Below are positions 11,352-21,775 of a stretch of 64,000 nucleotides of DNA, in pieces. The notes under the pieces are model-generated. The model saw only the letters and a list, made by a program, of their open reading frames with translations, did no database searches and was not told the DNA's origin. Both the position numbers and the translations under genes were made by a program. Each line of letters opens with the position of its first letter. The stretch's first letter is position 1. Origin of the DNA: an uncultured Clostridia bacterium (GTDB lineage: Bacteria > Bacillota > Clostridia > TANB77 > CAG-508); contig CALYAG010000003.1 in the NCBI GenBank assembly GCA_944393465.1, positions 40,404 through 104,403 on the forward strand, given 5' to 3'.

Positions 11352-12455
11352 ATGAATAATAACAAAATTGGTTTTGTAGAATCAATATCCCTTACCTTAA
11401 TTGTTATTATAAGTCATATTTTACTTAACCTGCCTAATGAAATATTAGGTTCTACTGCATCTAGCGGACCACTCAATGTTATTTACATTACCGTCCTTGC
11501 TGTAATCATATTTTTAGTTTTTAATAAACTCTTTTCTTCATTTCAAGGTAAAGACATTCTAGATGTGGCAGAATTTGTTGGTGGTAGTATTCTAAAAAAA
11601 GTAGTTTCAATTATTTACACATTATATTTTATCTTTACTTGCGGAATACTCTTACTAAACTTTGCTAACACATTAAAAACAATTTATTTACAAGACATGC
11701 CTACATCACTTATTTGCCTAGTATTTATACTAATTGCACTTATTGCAAATCAATTTGGCTTTAAAAATGTAAGTAGAACAAATGCCATTATATTGCCATT
11801 TATTGTTGTAGCCATTTTAATAATATTCTTTGCTTTATCAGTTCGTTTTGTACCGGAAAGGTTCTTTCCTGTTTTAGGATATGGAGTAAATAATACATTT
11901 ATATTAGGCGCTACAAACATATTTGCTTTTGGTCAAATCATTCTTTTATTTTTATTGAGGTCTCATCATAAAGAGCCAAAGGATACCAAGAAAATAGGAT
12001 TAACTTCAATAATATTGTCAGGATTAATACTATTTATAAGTGTTACCTCACTTATTTTAATATTTCCCTTCGCAACTGGTGGAGAAGGAATACTTTCTAT
12101 ATATATGATAACTAGAAGTATTCAATTCGGAACATTTTTCCAAAGAGTTGATGCATTCTTTATATTAATATGGGTATTAACATTTTTCTCATATTTATCA
12201 GTAATTTTTGCCTTTACCTTGAAAATTACTAACAAAAATTTGAAAACGCAAAATTCAAATATTCCTGCATTTTTAATTGGATTAGGAGTTTTTATTGTTA
12301 CACTAATACCTCAAAATATTGCACAAATAAGATTTGCTGAAAATGTTATTTATAAATATGTATGTTTAATTATTGTATTTGGAATGAGTTTTGCCATCTT
12401 ACTTTTGGGATATTTGAAGAAGAATAAAAAAGGTATGGTTACAATTCGTAGCTAA
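11352..12455 (+). CDS. Spore germination receptor B subunit (GerAB/GerKB, APC-superfamily permease-like)
   Basis: 367 aa polytopic membrane protein (~10 TM) immediately after the A subunit. Confidence 0.8.
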   Translation: MNNNKIGFVESISLTLIVIISHILLNLPNEILGSTASSGPLNVIYITVLAVIIFLVFNKLFSSFQGKDILDVAEFVGGSILKKVVSIIYTLYFIFTCGILLLNFANTLKTIYLQDMPTSLICLVFILIALIANQFGFKNVSRTNAIILPFIVVAILIIFFALSVRFVPERFFPVLGYGVNNTFILGATNIFAFGQIILLFLLRSHHKEPKDTKKIGLTSIILSGLILFISVTSLILIFPFATGGEGILSIYMITRSIQFGTFFQRVDAFFILIWVLTFFSYLSVIFAFTLKITNKNLKTQNSNIPAFLIGLGVFIVTLIPQNIAQIRFAENVIYKYVCLIIVFGMSFAILLLGYLKKNKKGMVTIRS

Positions 12456-12532
12456 AATATTTTATAGGATTTATTGTAGCTTTTATAATTTCAGTTATAA
12501 ATATATTATTTTTTAAAGGAGGTTTGAATTAG

Positions 12533-13825
12533 TTGAAAGCGAAAAAAATATTAGTATTTATGCTTATAGTTGTTTTAATATTAATAACATTATTCGGAAT
12601 GAATTCTGTAACATCTATGGATAATTTAGCATATGTAGTCGCAGTTGGTTTCGATATTAAAGATACTGGAAAATTAGAGCTTAGCTTTCAGATTGCCCTT
12701 CCATCTGGAAGTGAAGGCGGTTCTTCTGGTTCAAGCTCATCCCAATCTTCTAGCTCTATTGTGACTAGTGTTGAATGTAACTCCTTTGAATCTGGAGTTA
12801 ACTTAGTTAATTCATATTTAAGTAAAGAATTAAATTTATCACATTGCAAAGCAGTAGTATTTTCAGAAGAAATAGCATCACAAGGAATTGGAGAATATTT
12901 ATACACTTTAATTAACCATGTTGAAATAAGACCAACTTGTAATGTAATAATTTCAAAATGCAATGCAAAATATTTTTTGAACAATTCAAGTCCTATGCTA
13001 GAACAACTATCTTCAAAATATTACGAAATTGCTTCTACATCTGAAAGGGTTACTGGATATACTTATAATATAACTTTACTAGACTTTTTCTCAGATTTTG
13101 CTGATTCTTTTACTGAATGTTTTGCTACACTTGGAAGTGTTAATGATGGCGGTATTAGCAGTAGTGGTTCGAATAACAATTCTAGCAATAGTTCCAGTAA
13201 CGGAAGTAATAGTGACCAATCTAGCTCAAGTTTATCAAGTGAAGGTACAGATGATAGTTATGTTGCCTCTGAAACACCTATAGATTCTCAAAAGAATATT
13301 GAAAACTTAGGCTTAGCCGTTTTTAAAGGTGACAAATTAGTTGGTGAGCTAAATGGTGTGGAATGTATCGCTCACTTAATATTAACTAATGAACTAGAAA
13401 ATGCTGTAATTAGTGTTCCTAGTCCCTTTGAAAGCACAAATTATATTGATTTATATCTTACAAATAGCAAATGTAAGTCTAAAGTATATTTGACAAATGG
13501 TACACCATATATAAAACCTAGTATTGATTTAAGTGCACGAATAATTAGTATGTCTGATGATTATAAAGATTTAACTGAAGAAAATATTGAACTTATTGAA
13601 GAATATGCAAAATATTATGTAGAAAGATTTATTTATGATTATTTATATAAAACAGCTAAAGTATTTAAGTCGGATATTACAGCCTTTGGTAAATATGCTG
13701 TTTCAAATTTTGCAACTATTGATGAATGGAATAAATACAACTGGCTAGATAATTACCAAAATTCTTTCTTTAATGTGGATATAAATGTGGATATTGTTTC
13801 TAGATACTTGTTGATTGATACTTGA
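12533..13825 (+). CDS. Spore germination receptor C subunit (GerAC/GerKC lipoprotein) with Ser/Gly/Asn-rich low-complexity inserts
   Basis: 430 aa with a TTG start behind AAAGGAGG, a signal peptide/TM, and the conserved GerxC C-terminal region. Two Ser-rich inserts are present (SGSEGGSSGSSSSQSSSS and GGISSSGSNNNSSNSSSNGSNSDQSSSS). Confidence 0.8.
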   Translation: MKAKKILVFMLIVVLILITLFGMNSVTSMDNLAYVVAVGFDIKDTGKLELSFQIALPSGSEGGSSGSSSSQSSSSIVTSVECNSFESGVNLVNSYLSKELNLSHCKAVVFSEEIASQGIGEYLYTLINHVEIRPTCNVIISKCNAKYFLNNSSPMLEQLSSKYYEIASTSERVTGYTYNITLLDFFSDFADSFTECFATLGSVNDGGISSSGSNNNSSNSSSNGSNSDQSSSSLSSEGTDDSYVASETPIDSQKNIENLGLAVFKGDKLVGELNGVECIAHLILTNELENAVISVPSPFESTNYIDLYLTNSKCKSKVYLTNGTPYIKPSIDLSARIISMSDDYKDLTEENIELIEEYAKYYVERFIYDYLYKTAKVFKSDITAFGKYAVSNFATIDEWNKYNWLDNYQNSFFNVDINVDIVSRYLLIDT

Positions 13826-13964
13826 TTTTTTTCAGTTGGGGACGGTCCTAAATCGAAAATTTTCAGTTGGGGACGGTCCTAAATCGAAAAAATATTATTT
13901 TTGTTTAAATTTCGTTTCTGCTTAAAAATTTTTTTCGATTTAGGACCGTCCCCAACTGAAAATT
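13826..13964. repeat. Palindromic dispersed repeat element (family 1; two direct arms plus one inverted arm)
   Basis: Arms at 13829-13860 and 13861-13893, and an inverted arm at 13931-13964, between the convergent gerKC-like and rnr genes. Confidence 0.85.
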
Positions 13965-15953
13965 TTACACTAATTTAAAATCAATTTTTCTCGTTTGCTT
14001 ATCTGCAAATACAACTTCAATTTTTACTTTTTGTCCAAGTTTGTATACTTTTTTAGTTTCTTTGCCAATTAGTTGTTTATTTAAATCATCATAAATGTAA
14101 TAATCATCATTTATTTCTGCAAGTCTAATTAGCCCTTCTACTGTGTTATCTAATTGTACAAACATTCCCCAACTTGTTATACTTGAAATAATACCATCAT
14201 ATTGTTCGCCAATTTTATCTTGCATATATTCAGCCTTTTTAATATCTTCACTTGCTCTTTCTGCTTTTGTAGCAATTTGCTCACATTCTGAAGAACTTTC
14301 AGCGTATTTTATTGCTTGCTTTTCTAGTTTTGCCTTTGTGTTTTCATCAATTATATCATTTACTGCCTTATTACGCTTAACATTTTTGCCTTTATTCGAT
14401 TCTGTACTCATATACTCTAAGTATTTTGATATAACCCTATGTATAAATAAATCAGGATATCTACGAATTGGTGATGTAAAATGGCAATAATATTTACTTG
14501 AAATACCAAAGTGTCCTTTATTTTCCGCTTCGTACCTTGCAACTTTTAAGGTTCTTAAAAGTAAGTTAGAAACTACCCTTTCTTCATCTTTTCCTTTTAC
14601 ATCTTCTAATATTTGTGAAAATGCTTTTGGTTTTACATCGTCCAATTTTCCTTTTATTCTATATCCAAAATTAAACAAATATTTATTTAATTCTTTTACT
14701 TTATCTTCGTCTGGCTTTTCATGAACTCTATAAATAAAAGGTGCTTCTAGCCAATAAAATCTCTCTGCGACTGTTTCATTTGCTGTTAGCATAAATTGCT
14801 CAATTATTTCATGTGCGAAGTTCGTTTCATAAGGACTTATATCTATTGGCTTGCCATTTTTATCTAAAGTAATTTTGCTTTCTGGTATGTCTAAAGATAA
14901 ATATCCATCTTTTAGTCTTCTTGCTTTTAAAATCAAAGCTAGTTCTTTCATTCTATCAAAATGGGCTATATATGGCTCATATTTTTCTAAAACTTTTTCA
15001 TCGCTTCTTTCAATTATTTTGTATACATCATTGTAATTCATTCTTTTAGTTACTTTAATAATGCTTTTAAAAATATTGCTATCTACAACTTTTCCTTTTG
15101 AATCTATAGTCATTATAACTGAAATAGCATATCTATCTTTGCCTTGATTTAAGCTACAACATCCATTTGACAATTCAGTTGGAAGCATTGGAATAACTCT
15201 ATCTAGCATATACACACTTGTGCCTCTTTTTATTGCCTCTTTATTAAGCAAACTTCCGTCTTGCACATAGTAACTTACATCTGCAATATGTACTCCAAGT
15301 GTATATGTACCATCTTCATTTTTATCTACACAAACTGCATCATCTAGGTCTTTTGCATCTTCTCCATCAATAGTAAAAATTTCTTTATCTCTTAAGTCTA
15401 CTCTTCCTTCTGGCTTTATTTCCTTTTTGCTAACTCTTTTTGCCTCTTCTAAAACTTTTTTAGGAAATTCGCTTTCTAAATTATACTCTTTAATGATTGA
15501 AAGCATGTCCACACCCGTTTCATCTTCATAACCTAAAACTTCAGTAATTTTACCTTCTGCTTTCATTCCTTTTCTAGGATATTTTGTAATTTTTACTACA
15601 ACTTTTTGATGATTTTTGGCTTTTCCAAAATTAGATTTTGATATAAAAATATCTGTTCCAAGAGCGTTGTCATCTGGTATTACAAAACCAAAATTTCTAC
15701 TTTTTTCAAAAGTTCCAACTACTTGTTTTGTGTTTCTTTCTACGACTTGAACAATGGCACCTTCTTTACTGTTGCCACTATTTTCATCTATTATTTTTAC
15801 TTCAACTATGTCACCATTCATAGCATCTTTTTTATTCTTTTTGGCTATGAAAATGTCTGGCTCATCATCCGATATTTTTACAAAGCCGTAGCCACGTTCA
15901 TGGCCAATATATTTTCCTTGTATAAGCTCCATTTGTTTCCTTTCTTTTTTCAA
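13965..15953 (-). CDS. rnr: Ribonuclease R
   Basis: 662 aa with an N-terminal cold-shock/OB region (GYGFV), an RNB catalytic domain and a C-terminal S1 domain. Classic secG-rnr neighbourhood. Confidence 0.9.
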   Translation of the reverse strand: MKKERKQMELIQGKYIGHERGYGFVKISDDEPDIFIAKKNKKDAMNGDIVEVKIIDENSGNSKEGAIVQVVERNTKQVVGTFEKSRNFGFVIPDDNALGTDIFISKSNFGKAKNHQKVVVKITKYPRKGMKAEGKITEVLGYEDETGVDMLSIIKEYNLESEFPKKVLEEAKRVSKKEIKPEGRVDLRDKEIFTIDGEDAKDLDDAVCVDKNEDGTYTLGVHIADVSYYVQDGSLLNKEAIKRGTSVYMLDRVIPMLPTELSNGCCSLNQGKDRYAISVIMTIDSKGKVVDSNIFKSIIKVTKRMNYNDVYKIIERSDEKVLEKYEPYIAHFDRMKELALILKARRLKDGYLSLDIPESKITLDKNGKPIDISPYETNFAHEIIEQFMLTANETVAERFYWLEAPFIYRVHEKPDEDKVKELNKYLFNFGYRIKGKLDDVKPKAFSQILEDVKGKDEERVVSNLLLRTLKVARYEAENKGHFGISSKYYCHFTSPIRRYPDLFIHRVISKYLEYMSTESNKGKNVKRNKAVNDIIDENTKAKLEKQAIKYAESSSECEQIATKAERASEDIKKAEYMQDKIGEQYDGIISSITSWGMFVQLDNTVEGLIRLAEINDDYYIYDDLNKQLIGKETKKVYKLGQKVKIEVVFADKQTRKIDFKLV

Positions 15954-15998
15954 TCATAAAAAAAGTGCACCAACTAATTTGTGTGCACCCTATAAAAC

Positions 15999-16247
15999 TT
16001 ATAATACATAAACAATTCCTAAAGCTATAGTCAATACTGCAAATACTACACCAATTATAATTGTGTTTCTTTGAACTCTACCCTCTTTAGTTCTGCCCTT
16101 TGTTTTTTCATAAAATTTATTTGCATTTGGATTTTCTGCAATGTCTTCCATTGAATTTCTATCCTTGTTTTGCAATAATGTTATTATAATTAAGATTACA
16201 CATACTATTAAATATATTACTGTTAATATGTTTTTTGCTACTTCCAT
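15999..16247 (-). CDS. secG: Preprotein translocase subunit SecG
   Basis: 82 aa with two TM segments and an ...LLQ.K... loop. Immediately upstream of rnr as in Bacillus (secG-...-rnr-smpB). Confidence 0.65.
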   Translation of the reverse strand: MEVAKNILTVIYLIVCVILIIITLLQNKDRNSMEDIAENPNANKFYEKTKGRTKEGRVQRNTIIIGVVFAVLTIALGIVYVL

Positions 16248-16499
16248 TTTGAATAACCTCTTTCTTTCTGCCTAATATGTTCTCTATAATTAAGCTCGTT
16301 CTTCACATATAATATTATATTATCATAAAATTACGTAAAAATCAATAGTTACGCTTTCTAATTGTATAAATTTTTATTACTATGCTAAATTTTTATCTAC
16401 TTACCAAACTGTAACTTACAAAAACTTTAAATTGCTTACTTACTGAACTGTAACATTTTATAGTTACCTACTGAACTACAACAGTAACTTGTTTCGGAA

Positions 16500-18470
16500 C
16501 TATTTTTTTACTTCTTCTTTTTGCTTTTCAGTATTGTATTTTTCAATAATATCTCCAAGAGCATCTGAAAAATCTTGAAGCATTACAACCTTAATATTAG
16601 GAGCTTTTCCATTTATATAATCATCAACAACTTGTTTTAATTTATACATATTATTAAGTTCTGGCAAAAGAATTTTTGCATTTTTATCTGCTCTATCAAC
16701 AAGTTTTTCCTTTATTGAAACTATATCTTCATTGCTTGCGCAAGATATTCTTTGGAATATTTGATATGGGTCGCTGTACTTAAATATAGGAATATCCATA
16801 CATTCTTTATCAAACATATCATAGAATTTTTCCATTTTCATTGGTATGTTTTTGAATATAGTATCTGCTTTAACCCTATACATTTTGTCTTTAAGTTGAT
16901 TATTTAAGTCTCTAAACCTCGCTAATACTTCCTGCATTTCTGGCATATTTTCATCAAATGACATTTGTTTTATTTGATCTTCTGCATCTTCGCAATATTC
17001 TGATGTTATTGATGATACATTCATACCATTTAAAAATACACTATTTATTGTTTGCATATCATAATCAACCAATCCTTTTTTAACAAAATATACAAAATAA
17101 GTATATATTTTTAGCAAGTCTATTAGTTGTATTTCGCCTTTTTTAACTGACTCTAAAACATCTGAAATTACTTTAGGGAATTGGTCATCAGATATTTTCC
17201 AATATTCTTCTGTAAGAAGTCTCTTGTATCCTGGAAGTTTATCCGTATCTACTGTGTTTATTATATCTTCCATATCTTTTTTGAATGTTTTCATATCAAA
17301 TATTCTTGTTCTTACATATATTTCAATGAATTTGAAAAATCTGTATTCTGTTTTAAAATTGTAATAATAATTGTTATCAAATTCTTTTATGTAAAATTGT
17401 CTATTATCCATGAAAACTCTTGATGAAACAACCAAAGACTTATATTCTTCGTTATCATTAATATTTATAAATTTGTCCTTTGTAACTTTTCCTGCTTTAA
17501 TTTCAAAAGATACAGCTATTGTAAATATAAGCATTGTTTGTAAAATTCTGTTATTTGTATTTGGATATGATTTGTTTACCATGTCAAATACTTTTTTGAA
17601 GTCATTTAATGCATGTTTTAATATTCTTAAGTTTCTAGTACCACTTTTTATAAATGTTGAAACTATTAAATTTGTATTTTCTCTTAAAAATCTTATTAAA
17701 TCTCCATTGTTTTCATATCTAATTAACAACCCATTTATAATGTATGTAAATTCTGGTGCATATTCAAATGTTTCACCAATTAGTTTTTCTTTTATTCTTT
17801 CATAATCATTTGCTTTGTCAAATACATTTTCTATTGTTTCTTCTATCTTTTCAACCATTGGCTTATCTGTGGTAAGAAGCTTATCTTCTTTGTCTAGTAA
17901 ATATGTGGCAATGAATGTTTTCATTTCTAGGTTACTACTTTTTAGCTTTGTAGATAGCTCTTTTTCATTACATATTATGATTGTTTTTATATGGTCATGT
18001 TCGACAAAATTATTTATGTAACCTAAAATATCTATAACATCAACATTTGCTCTTTCTAGGTCATCAAAGCAAAGAACTTTGTCATCTGTTGAGAAAAAAT
18101 TTTCATAGTCTATTTTATCCCCATTTTGAGTTACGCCAAAAAAGTTAGCCATATCTAAGCCAGTTTTTGCATATTCTGGTATAACTGTTTGACCATTAGC
18201 ATCCATATATCTTTTTAAGTTTTTATCCATAAGCTGAGTAGTTTCTATGAATATTTTTTTGCTTATTTCTTCTAAGTTTGATATACCATATAAAGACATA
18301 TAAATAGTGGTTAGCTTTTTACCATTTACAGTCATGTTTTCTATTTTGTTTCTTATTTTGTGGTTCCAAAAGTAAGTTTTACCGCTTCCCCACTCACCAT
18401 TTATCATAATGGCATAGTCTGTGTAATCTGACCTTATGTAATCTAATATGCTTTCAACTAAATCATCCAT
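16500..18470 (-). CDS. KAP-family P-loop NTPase (stand-alone)
   Basis: 656 aa. N-terminal Walker A IMINGEWGSGKTYFW, then a long alpha-helical region and a DDLER-like Walker B segment, matching the KAP NTPase domain organisation. Inserted between secG and comFC. Confidence 0.7.
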   Translation of the reverse strand: MDDLVESILDYIRSDYTDYAIMINGEWGSGKTYFWNHKIRNKIENMTVNGKKLTTIYMSLYGISNLEEISKKIFIETTQLMDKNLKRYMDANGQTVIPEYAKTGLDMANFFGVTQNGDKIDYENFFSTDDKVLCFDDLERANVDVIDILGYINNFVEHDHIKTIIICNEKELSTKLKSSNLEMKTFIATYLLDKEDKLLTTDKPMVEKIEETIENVFDKANDYERIKEKLIGETFEYAPEFTYIINGLLIRYENNGDLIRFLRENTNLIVSTFIKSGTRNLRILKHALNDFKKVFDMVNKSYPNTNNRILQTMLIFTIAVSFEIKAGKVTKDKFININDNEEYKSLVVSSRVFMDNRQFYIKEFDNNYYYNFKTEYRFFKFIEIYVRTRIFDMKTFKKDMEDIINTVDTDKLPGYKRLLTEEYWKISDDQFPKVISDVLESVKKGEIQLIDLLKIYTYFVYFVKKGLVDYDMQTINSVFLNGMNVSSITSEYCEDAEDQIKQMSFDENMPEMQEVLARFRDLNNQLKDKMYRVKADTIFKNIPMKMEKFYDMFDKECMDIPIFKYSDPYQIFQRISCASNEDIVSIKEKLVDRADKNAKILLPELNNMYKLKQVVDDYINGKAPNIKVVMLQDFSDALGDIIEKYNTEKQKEEVKK

Positions 18471-18562
18471 TGTAATTTTCTCTCCTTAATTTTTAATCCA
18501 ATATATTCTTTCACTACTCTCGCCATTATCTAAAATGTATAAGATATATATTGTCTTCTTAT

Positions 18563-19282
18563 TTAATAAATATCTTTTGCTATTGCTAAAAAGCCAATTT
18601 TATTTGTAGCTTTTCTTAATGTTTTTATACACTCATTTGCAGTTGAGCCTGTAGTATAAATGTCATCAAGTAATAAAATTTTTTTATTTTTAATTTTATC
18701 CACGTTTTGAATAGCAAATACATTTTTTATGTCAATTTGCCTTTGTTTTGCTGTTTTTGTACTTTGTGGTTTTATATTTTTTGTTTTTATTAAGCATTTT
18801 GTTTCTATTGGAATTTCAAGCTTTTTTGCTATTAATTCTGTTTGATTATATCCACGTTCATTCATTCTTTTTTTATGTAGTGGAACTGGGATAATTATAT
18901 CATAACTTTTTAAAATGGAATAGATTTTTTTATTGTTTTTTATCAAATATGCAAAAGAATTTGCAAGATAACTTGCATCATTAAATTTATAATTTATTAA
19001 AAGATTTCTTATTATATCTTGGTATTTGTAGATGAAGATTTTTTGAATTTTTAAGTTACTATTTGTACTGTTATTCAAAATGTTATTTTTAATATTAAGT
19101 TCTTTATTTTCAAACGAATCTTCTAGTGATTCAGCTTTTATGTTTTCTTTAAAAATTAAATTAATTTCATATTGTTTTAGCTTTTTTTCGCATTTTTTGC
19201 AAATTGGCAAACCTATTTTTCCACATACTCCACATTTTATAGGAAAAAATAAATTGAGGGCTTTTTCAAAAATCATAAACAA
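18563..19282 (-). CDS. comFC: ComF family protein (ComFC-like phosphoribosyltransferase-domain protein)
   Basis: 239 aa with an N-terminal Cx2C...Cx2C zinc ribbon and a C-terminal PRTase-type motif ILLLDDIYTTGST. Confidence 0.8.
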   Translation of the reverse strand: MFMIFEKALNLFFPIKCGVCGKIGLPICKKCEKKLKQYEINLIFKENIKAESLEDSFENKELNIKNNILNNSTNSNLKIQKIFIYKYQDIIRNLLINYKFNDASYLANSFAYLIKNNKKIYSILKSYDIIIPVPLHKKRMNERGYNQTELIAKKLEIPIETKCLIKTKNIKPQSTKTAKQRQIDIKNVFAIQNVDKIKNKKILLLDDIYTTGSTANECIKTLRKATNKIGFLAIAKDIY

Positions 19283-19304
19283 TTCCTTTCTGCCCCCAAT
19301 TTAA

Positions 19305-21614
19305 TTACAAATTCTCCAATTTATACTTTAGTCCTGAGTTTCTTTGTTTTATTTTCTCATTGTTTATCATAAACTGGATAGTATAAGGATTTCCAATCAT
19401 TATCAACTTATCTTTTGCTCTTGTCATTCCTGTATATAGCAAGTTTCTTGTAAGTAGCATTGGTGCTGCTTGATAAATAGGTATTATTACAGTTTGGAAT
19501 TCACTTCCTTGAGATTTATGTACTGTTATTGCAAATGAATGCTCTATTTGGTCTAAGTCTTGATAACCGTAAAATGCAACTTTGTCATCATCAAATCTAA
19601 TTTTTACTTCACCTGCTTCATCATCTATTTTTTCTATTACTCCCATTTCTCCATTGAAGATTCCACTATTTATCTCACTTTTTCTTCTCCACATTATGTC
19701 GTAATTATTTTTGGTCTGCATTATTTTGTCGCCTTCTCTATATATTACTTCTCCAAACTTTTTTTCTTGTTTTACGGCACTCGCTGGATTAAATTTTTCT
19801 TGTATTAATTTATTTAAGTTTTTTGTTCCTAAATCTCCTTTTTTAGATGGTGTTATTATTTGTTCATCTAAGTTGTATAATTCTAGTATTTTGTTTATTA
19901 TTTGTGGAGTTGATTTTTCTTGAATAAAGAAGAAATCGTTTCTAGTGCCCGTTTGACTAGATGATTTTGTTTCTCCTTGTTTTTTTGATTGATTTATTTG
20001 TGAAAAATCTTTATCTGCTTCACCATTTTGCGAATTTGCTGTATCATTTTGAAAAACCATTGTCCCATTTTGCGAATCTTCTAAGAAGTTTATTCCCTCA
20101 TTTACTTTGTGAGAATTTACAATTATTTCGCTTTGGAGAGCTTGTCTAAAGATCTTGTTAAGCCTTACACATGGAACTCTTTTAGAATCTATTAAATCTT
20201 TTAAAACTGTTCCCGGTCCAACTGATGGAAGCTGGTCAGTATCTCCAACTAGCACAAGCTTTGTCCCTTTAAATAATGCTTTTACAACATAATTCATTAA
20301 GAATAAATCTACCATTGACATTTCATCTATTATAACTACATCTGCGTCAATTGGTGTTACATCCAAGTCTGGGTCAGGCTTTTCGTCTGATACTTTTCCT
20401 ATTTCTAGCAGTCTATGAAGTGTACTTGCCTCTTCTCCAGTTGCCTCAGTCATTCTTTTAGCTGCTCTACCTGTTGGAGCACAAAGCACAACCTTTTTGC
20501 CTCTTGATTTGTATATATCTATAATTGTTTTTATTATAGTTGTTTTACCAGTACCAGGTCCACCAGTTATAATACATACATTATTATCATTGACCATTTT
20601 TACCGCTTCTACTTGTTTTTCAGATAATTCAAGTGAAGTAGCTTTTTCAGTTTTTTCTAGCTCTTTATTAAAGTTTGGTATTCTTTTTATATTGTCTGCT
20701 TGTTCTAAGCTTAAAACTCTCTCAGCAATATTTAACTCTGTTTTGTAATAGTCCATTAAATATATCCAAGTTTGTATACATAACTCTGTTTTGCCATTTG
20801 TGGTAGCTATTTCTTCTCTTTCTTCTATTTTAATTTGTTCTTTTGCTCTTAAATCTTTTATTCCATCTAACACATCATCTTCCGAAACTCTTAAAAGTTT
20901 AGTTACAAATGCAATTAAATTTGCCTCTAACACACAGCTATGACCATTGTATGTAGCTAAATTAAGCCCATGACGTATTCCTGCATCAACTCTTTTTAAA
21001 TTATTTCTTTCAACACCTAAGTCCAAAGCCATTTTGTCTATCTGTGAAAAATCCACTTTTACACCAAGCTCACTTAAAACATAGGGGTCATTTTCAACTA
21101 TTGATATTGTATTAGCTCCCAACTTTTTGTAAATTGTATTAGCACTTTGAGGACCTATTCCAAACTTTTCTAAGAAACCAACAATTTGCCATAGCTCCCA
21201 ATTGGCAACAAAACTTTCATTAATTTCTTCTGCTTTTTTCTTTGTAATGCCTTTAATCTCTGTAAGTCTATCTGGATCAGCTTTTAAAACATCAACAGTT
21301 TCTGCTCCAAATTTTTTTATAATTTTTTTGGCTGTTGCAGGACCAACACCTTTTATAATACCATTTGATAAATATTTTTCCAAAGCATCTAAAGTTTCTG
21401 GCATGATTTTTTCAAAAGTTTCAACCTTAAATTGGTCTCCATAATCTGGATGAGTAACAAATTTTCCAATGATTTTAAGGCTATCACCTTTTTGCACAAA
21501 AGGTAAATAGCCTACTATAGTTGTCTCAGCTGACTCCATATCAAAGCCAGCAATTGTATATCCGTTTGTTTCATTTTTATATATTATATCTTGTACTGTT
21601 CCTTTTAGCTCCAT
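19305..21614 (-). CDS. recD2: ATP-dependent RecD-like DNA helicase (RecD2)
   Basis: N-terminal SSB-like/HhH domains, Walker A GGPGTGKTT, and a C-terminal SH3-like domain. The track ORF (to 21752) reads through the repeat element. The start is placed at the ATG at 21614 (MELKGTVQDI...), which is the first Met after the repeat-derived peptide. Confidence 0.9.
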   Translation of the reverse strand: MELKGTVQDIIYKNETNGYTIAGFDMESAETTIVGYLPFVQKGDSLKIIGKFVTHPDYGDQFKVETFEKIMPETLDALEKYLSNGIIKGVGPATAKKIIKKFGAETVDVLKADPDRLTEIKGITKKKAEEINESFVANWELWQIVGFLEKFGIGPQSANTIYKKLGANTISIVENDPYVLSELGVKVDFSQIDKMALDLGVERNNLKRVDAGIRHGLNLATYNGHSCVLEANLIAFVTKLLRVSEDDVLDGIKDLRAKEQIKIEEREEIATTNGKTELCIQTWIYLMDYYKTELNIAERVLSLEQADNIKRIPNFNKELEKTEKATSLELSEKQVEAVKMVNDNNVCIITGGPGTGKTTIIKTIIDIYKSRGKKVVLCAPTGRAAKRMTEATGEEASTLHRLLEIGKVSDEKPDPDLDVTPIDADVVIIDEMSMVDLFLMNYVVKALFKGTKLVLVGDTDQLPSVGPGTVLKDLIDSKRVPCVRLNKIFRQALQSEIIVNSHKVNEGINFLEDSQNGTMVFQNDTANSQNGEADKDFSQINQSKKQGETKSSSQTGTRNDFFFIQEKSTPQIINKILELYNLDEQIITPSKKGDLGTKNLNKLIQEKFNPASAVKQEKKFGEVIYREGDKIMQTKNNYDIMWRRKSEINSGIFNGEMGVIEKIDDEAGEVKIRFDDDKVAFYGYQDLDQIEHSFAITVHKSQGSEFQTVIIPIYQAAPMLLTRNLLYTGMTRAKDKLIMIGNPYTIQFMINNEKIKQRNSGLKYKLENL

Positions 21615-21626
21615 TTTATCCTTTCT

Positions 21627-21768
21627 TTTTTCAGTTGGGGACGGTCCTTTTCCGAAAATTTTTTTCAATCGGGGACGGTCCTTTTCCGAAATTTTTTTCA
21701 ATCGGGGACGGCCCTTTTCCGAAAATTTTTTTCGTTTTAGGACCGTCCCCAACTGAAAAAAACTGAAT
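21627..21768. repeat. Palindromic dispersed repeat element (family 1; three degenerate direct arms plus an inverted arm)
   Basis: TTTTCAGTTGGGGACGGTCCTTTTCCGAAA appears three times (21629-21720) and the inverted arm at 21733-21766. It sits in the recD2 5' leader. Confidence 0.85.
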
Positions 21769-21775
21769 TATTTTA

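Noticed and set aside
16398-16496. A possible CRISPR array
   Set aside because: Only three copies of a ~19-nt degenerate repeat with ~10-nt spacers, which is far below CRISPR repeat and spacer sizes. There are no cas genes.
21521-21766. The 81-aa plus-strand ORF and the N-terminal extensions of recD2 and metG (GPSPTEK peptides)
   Set aside because: These reading frames are generated by translating the palindromic repeat arms. The same peptide recurs wherever the repeat occurs and there is no RBS, so they are artefacts of the repeat and not genes.
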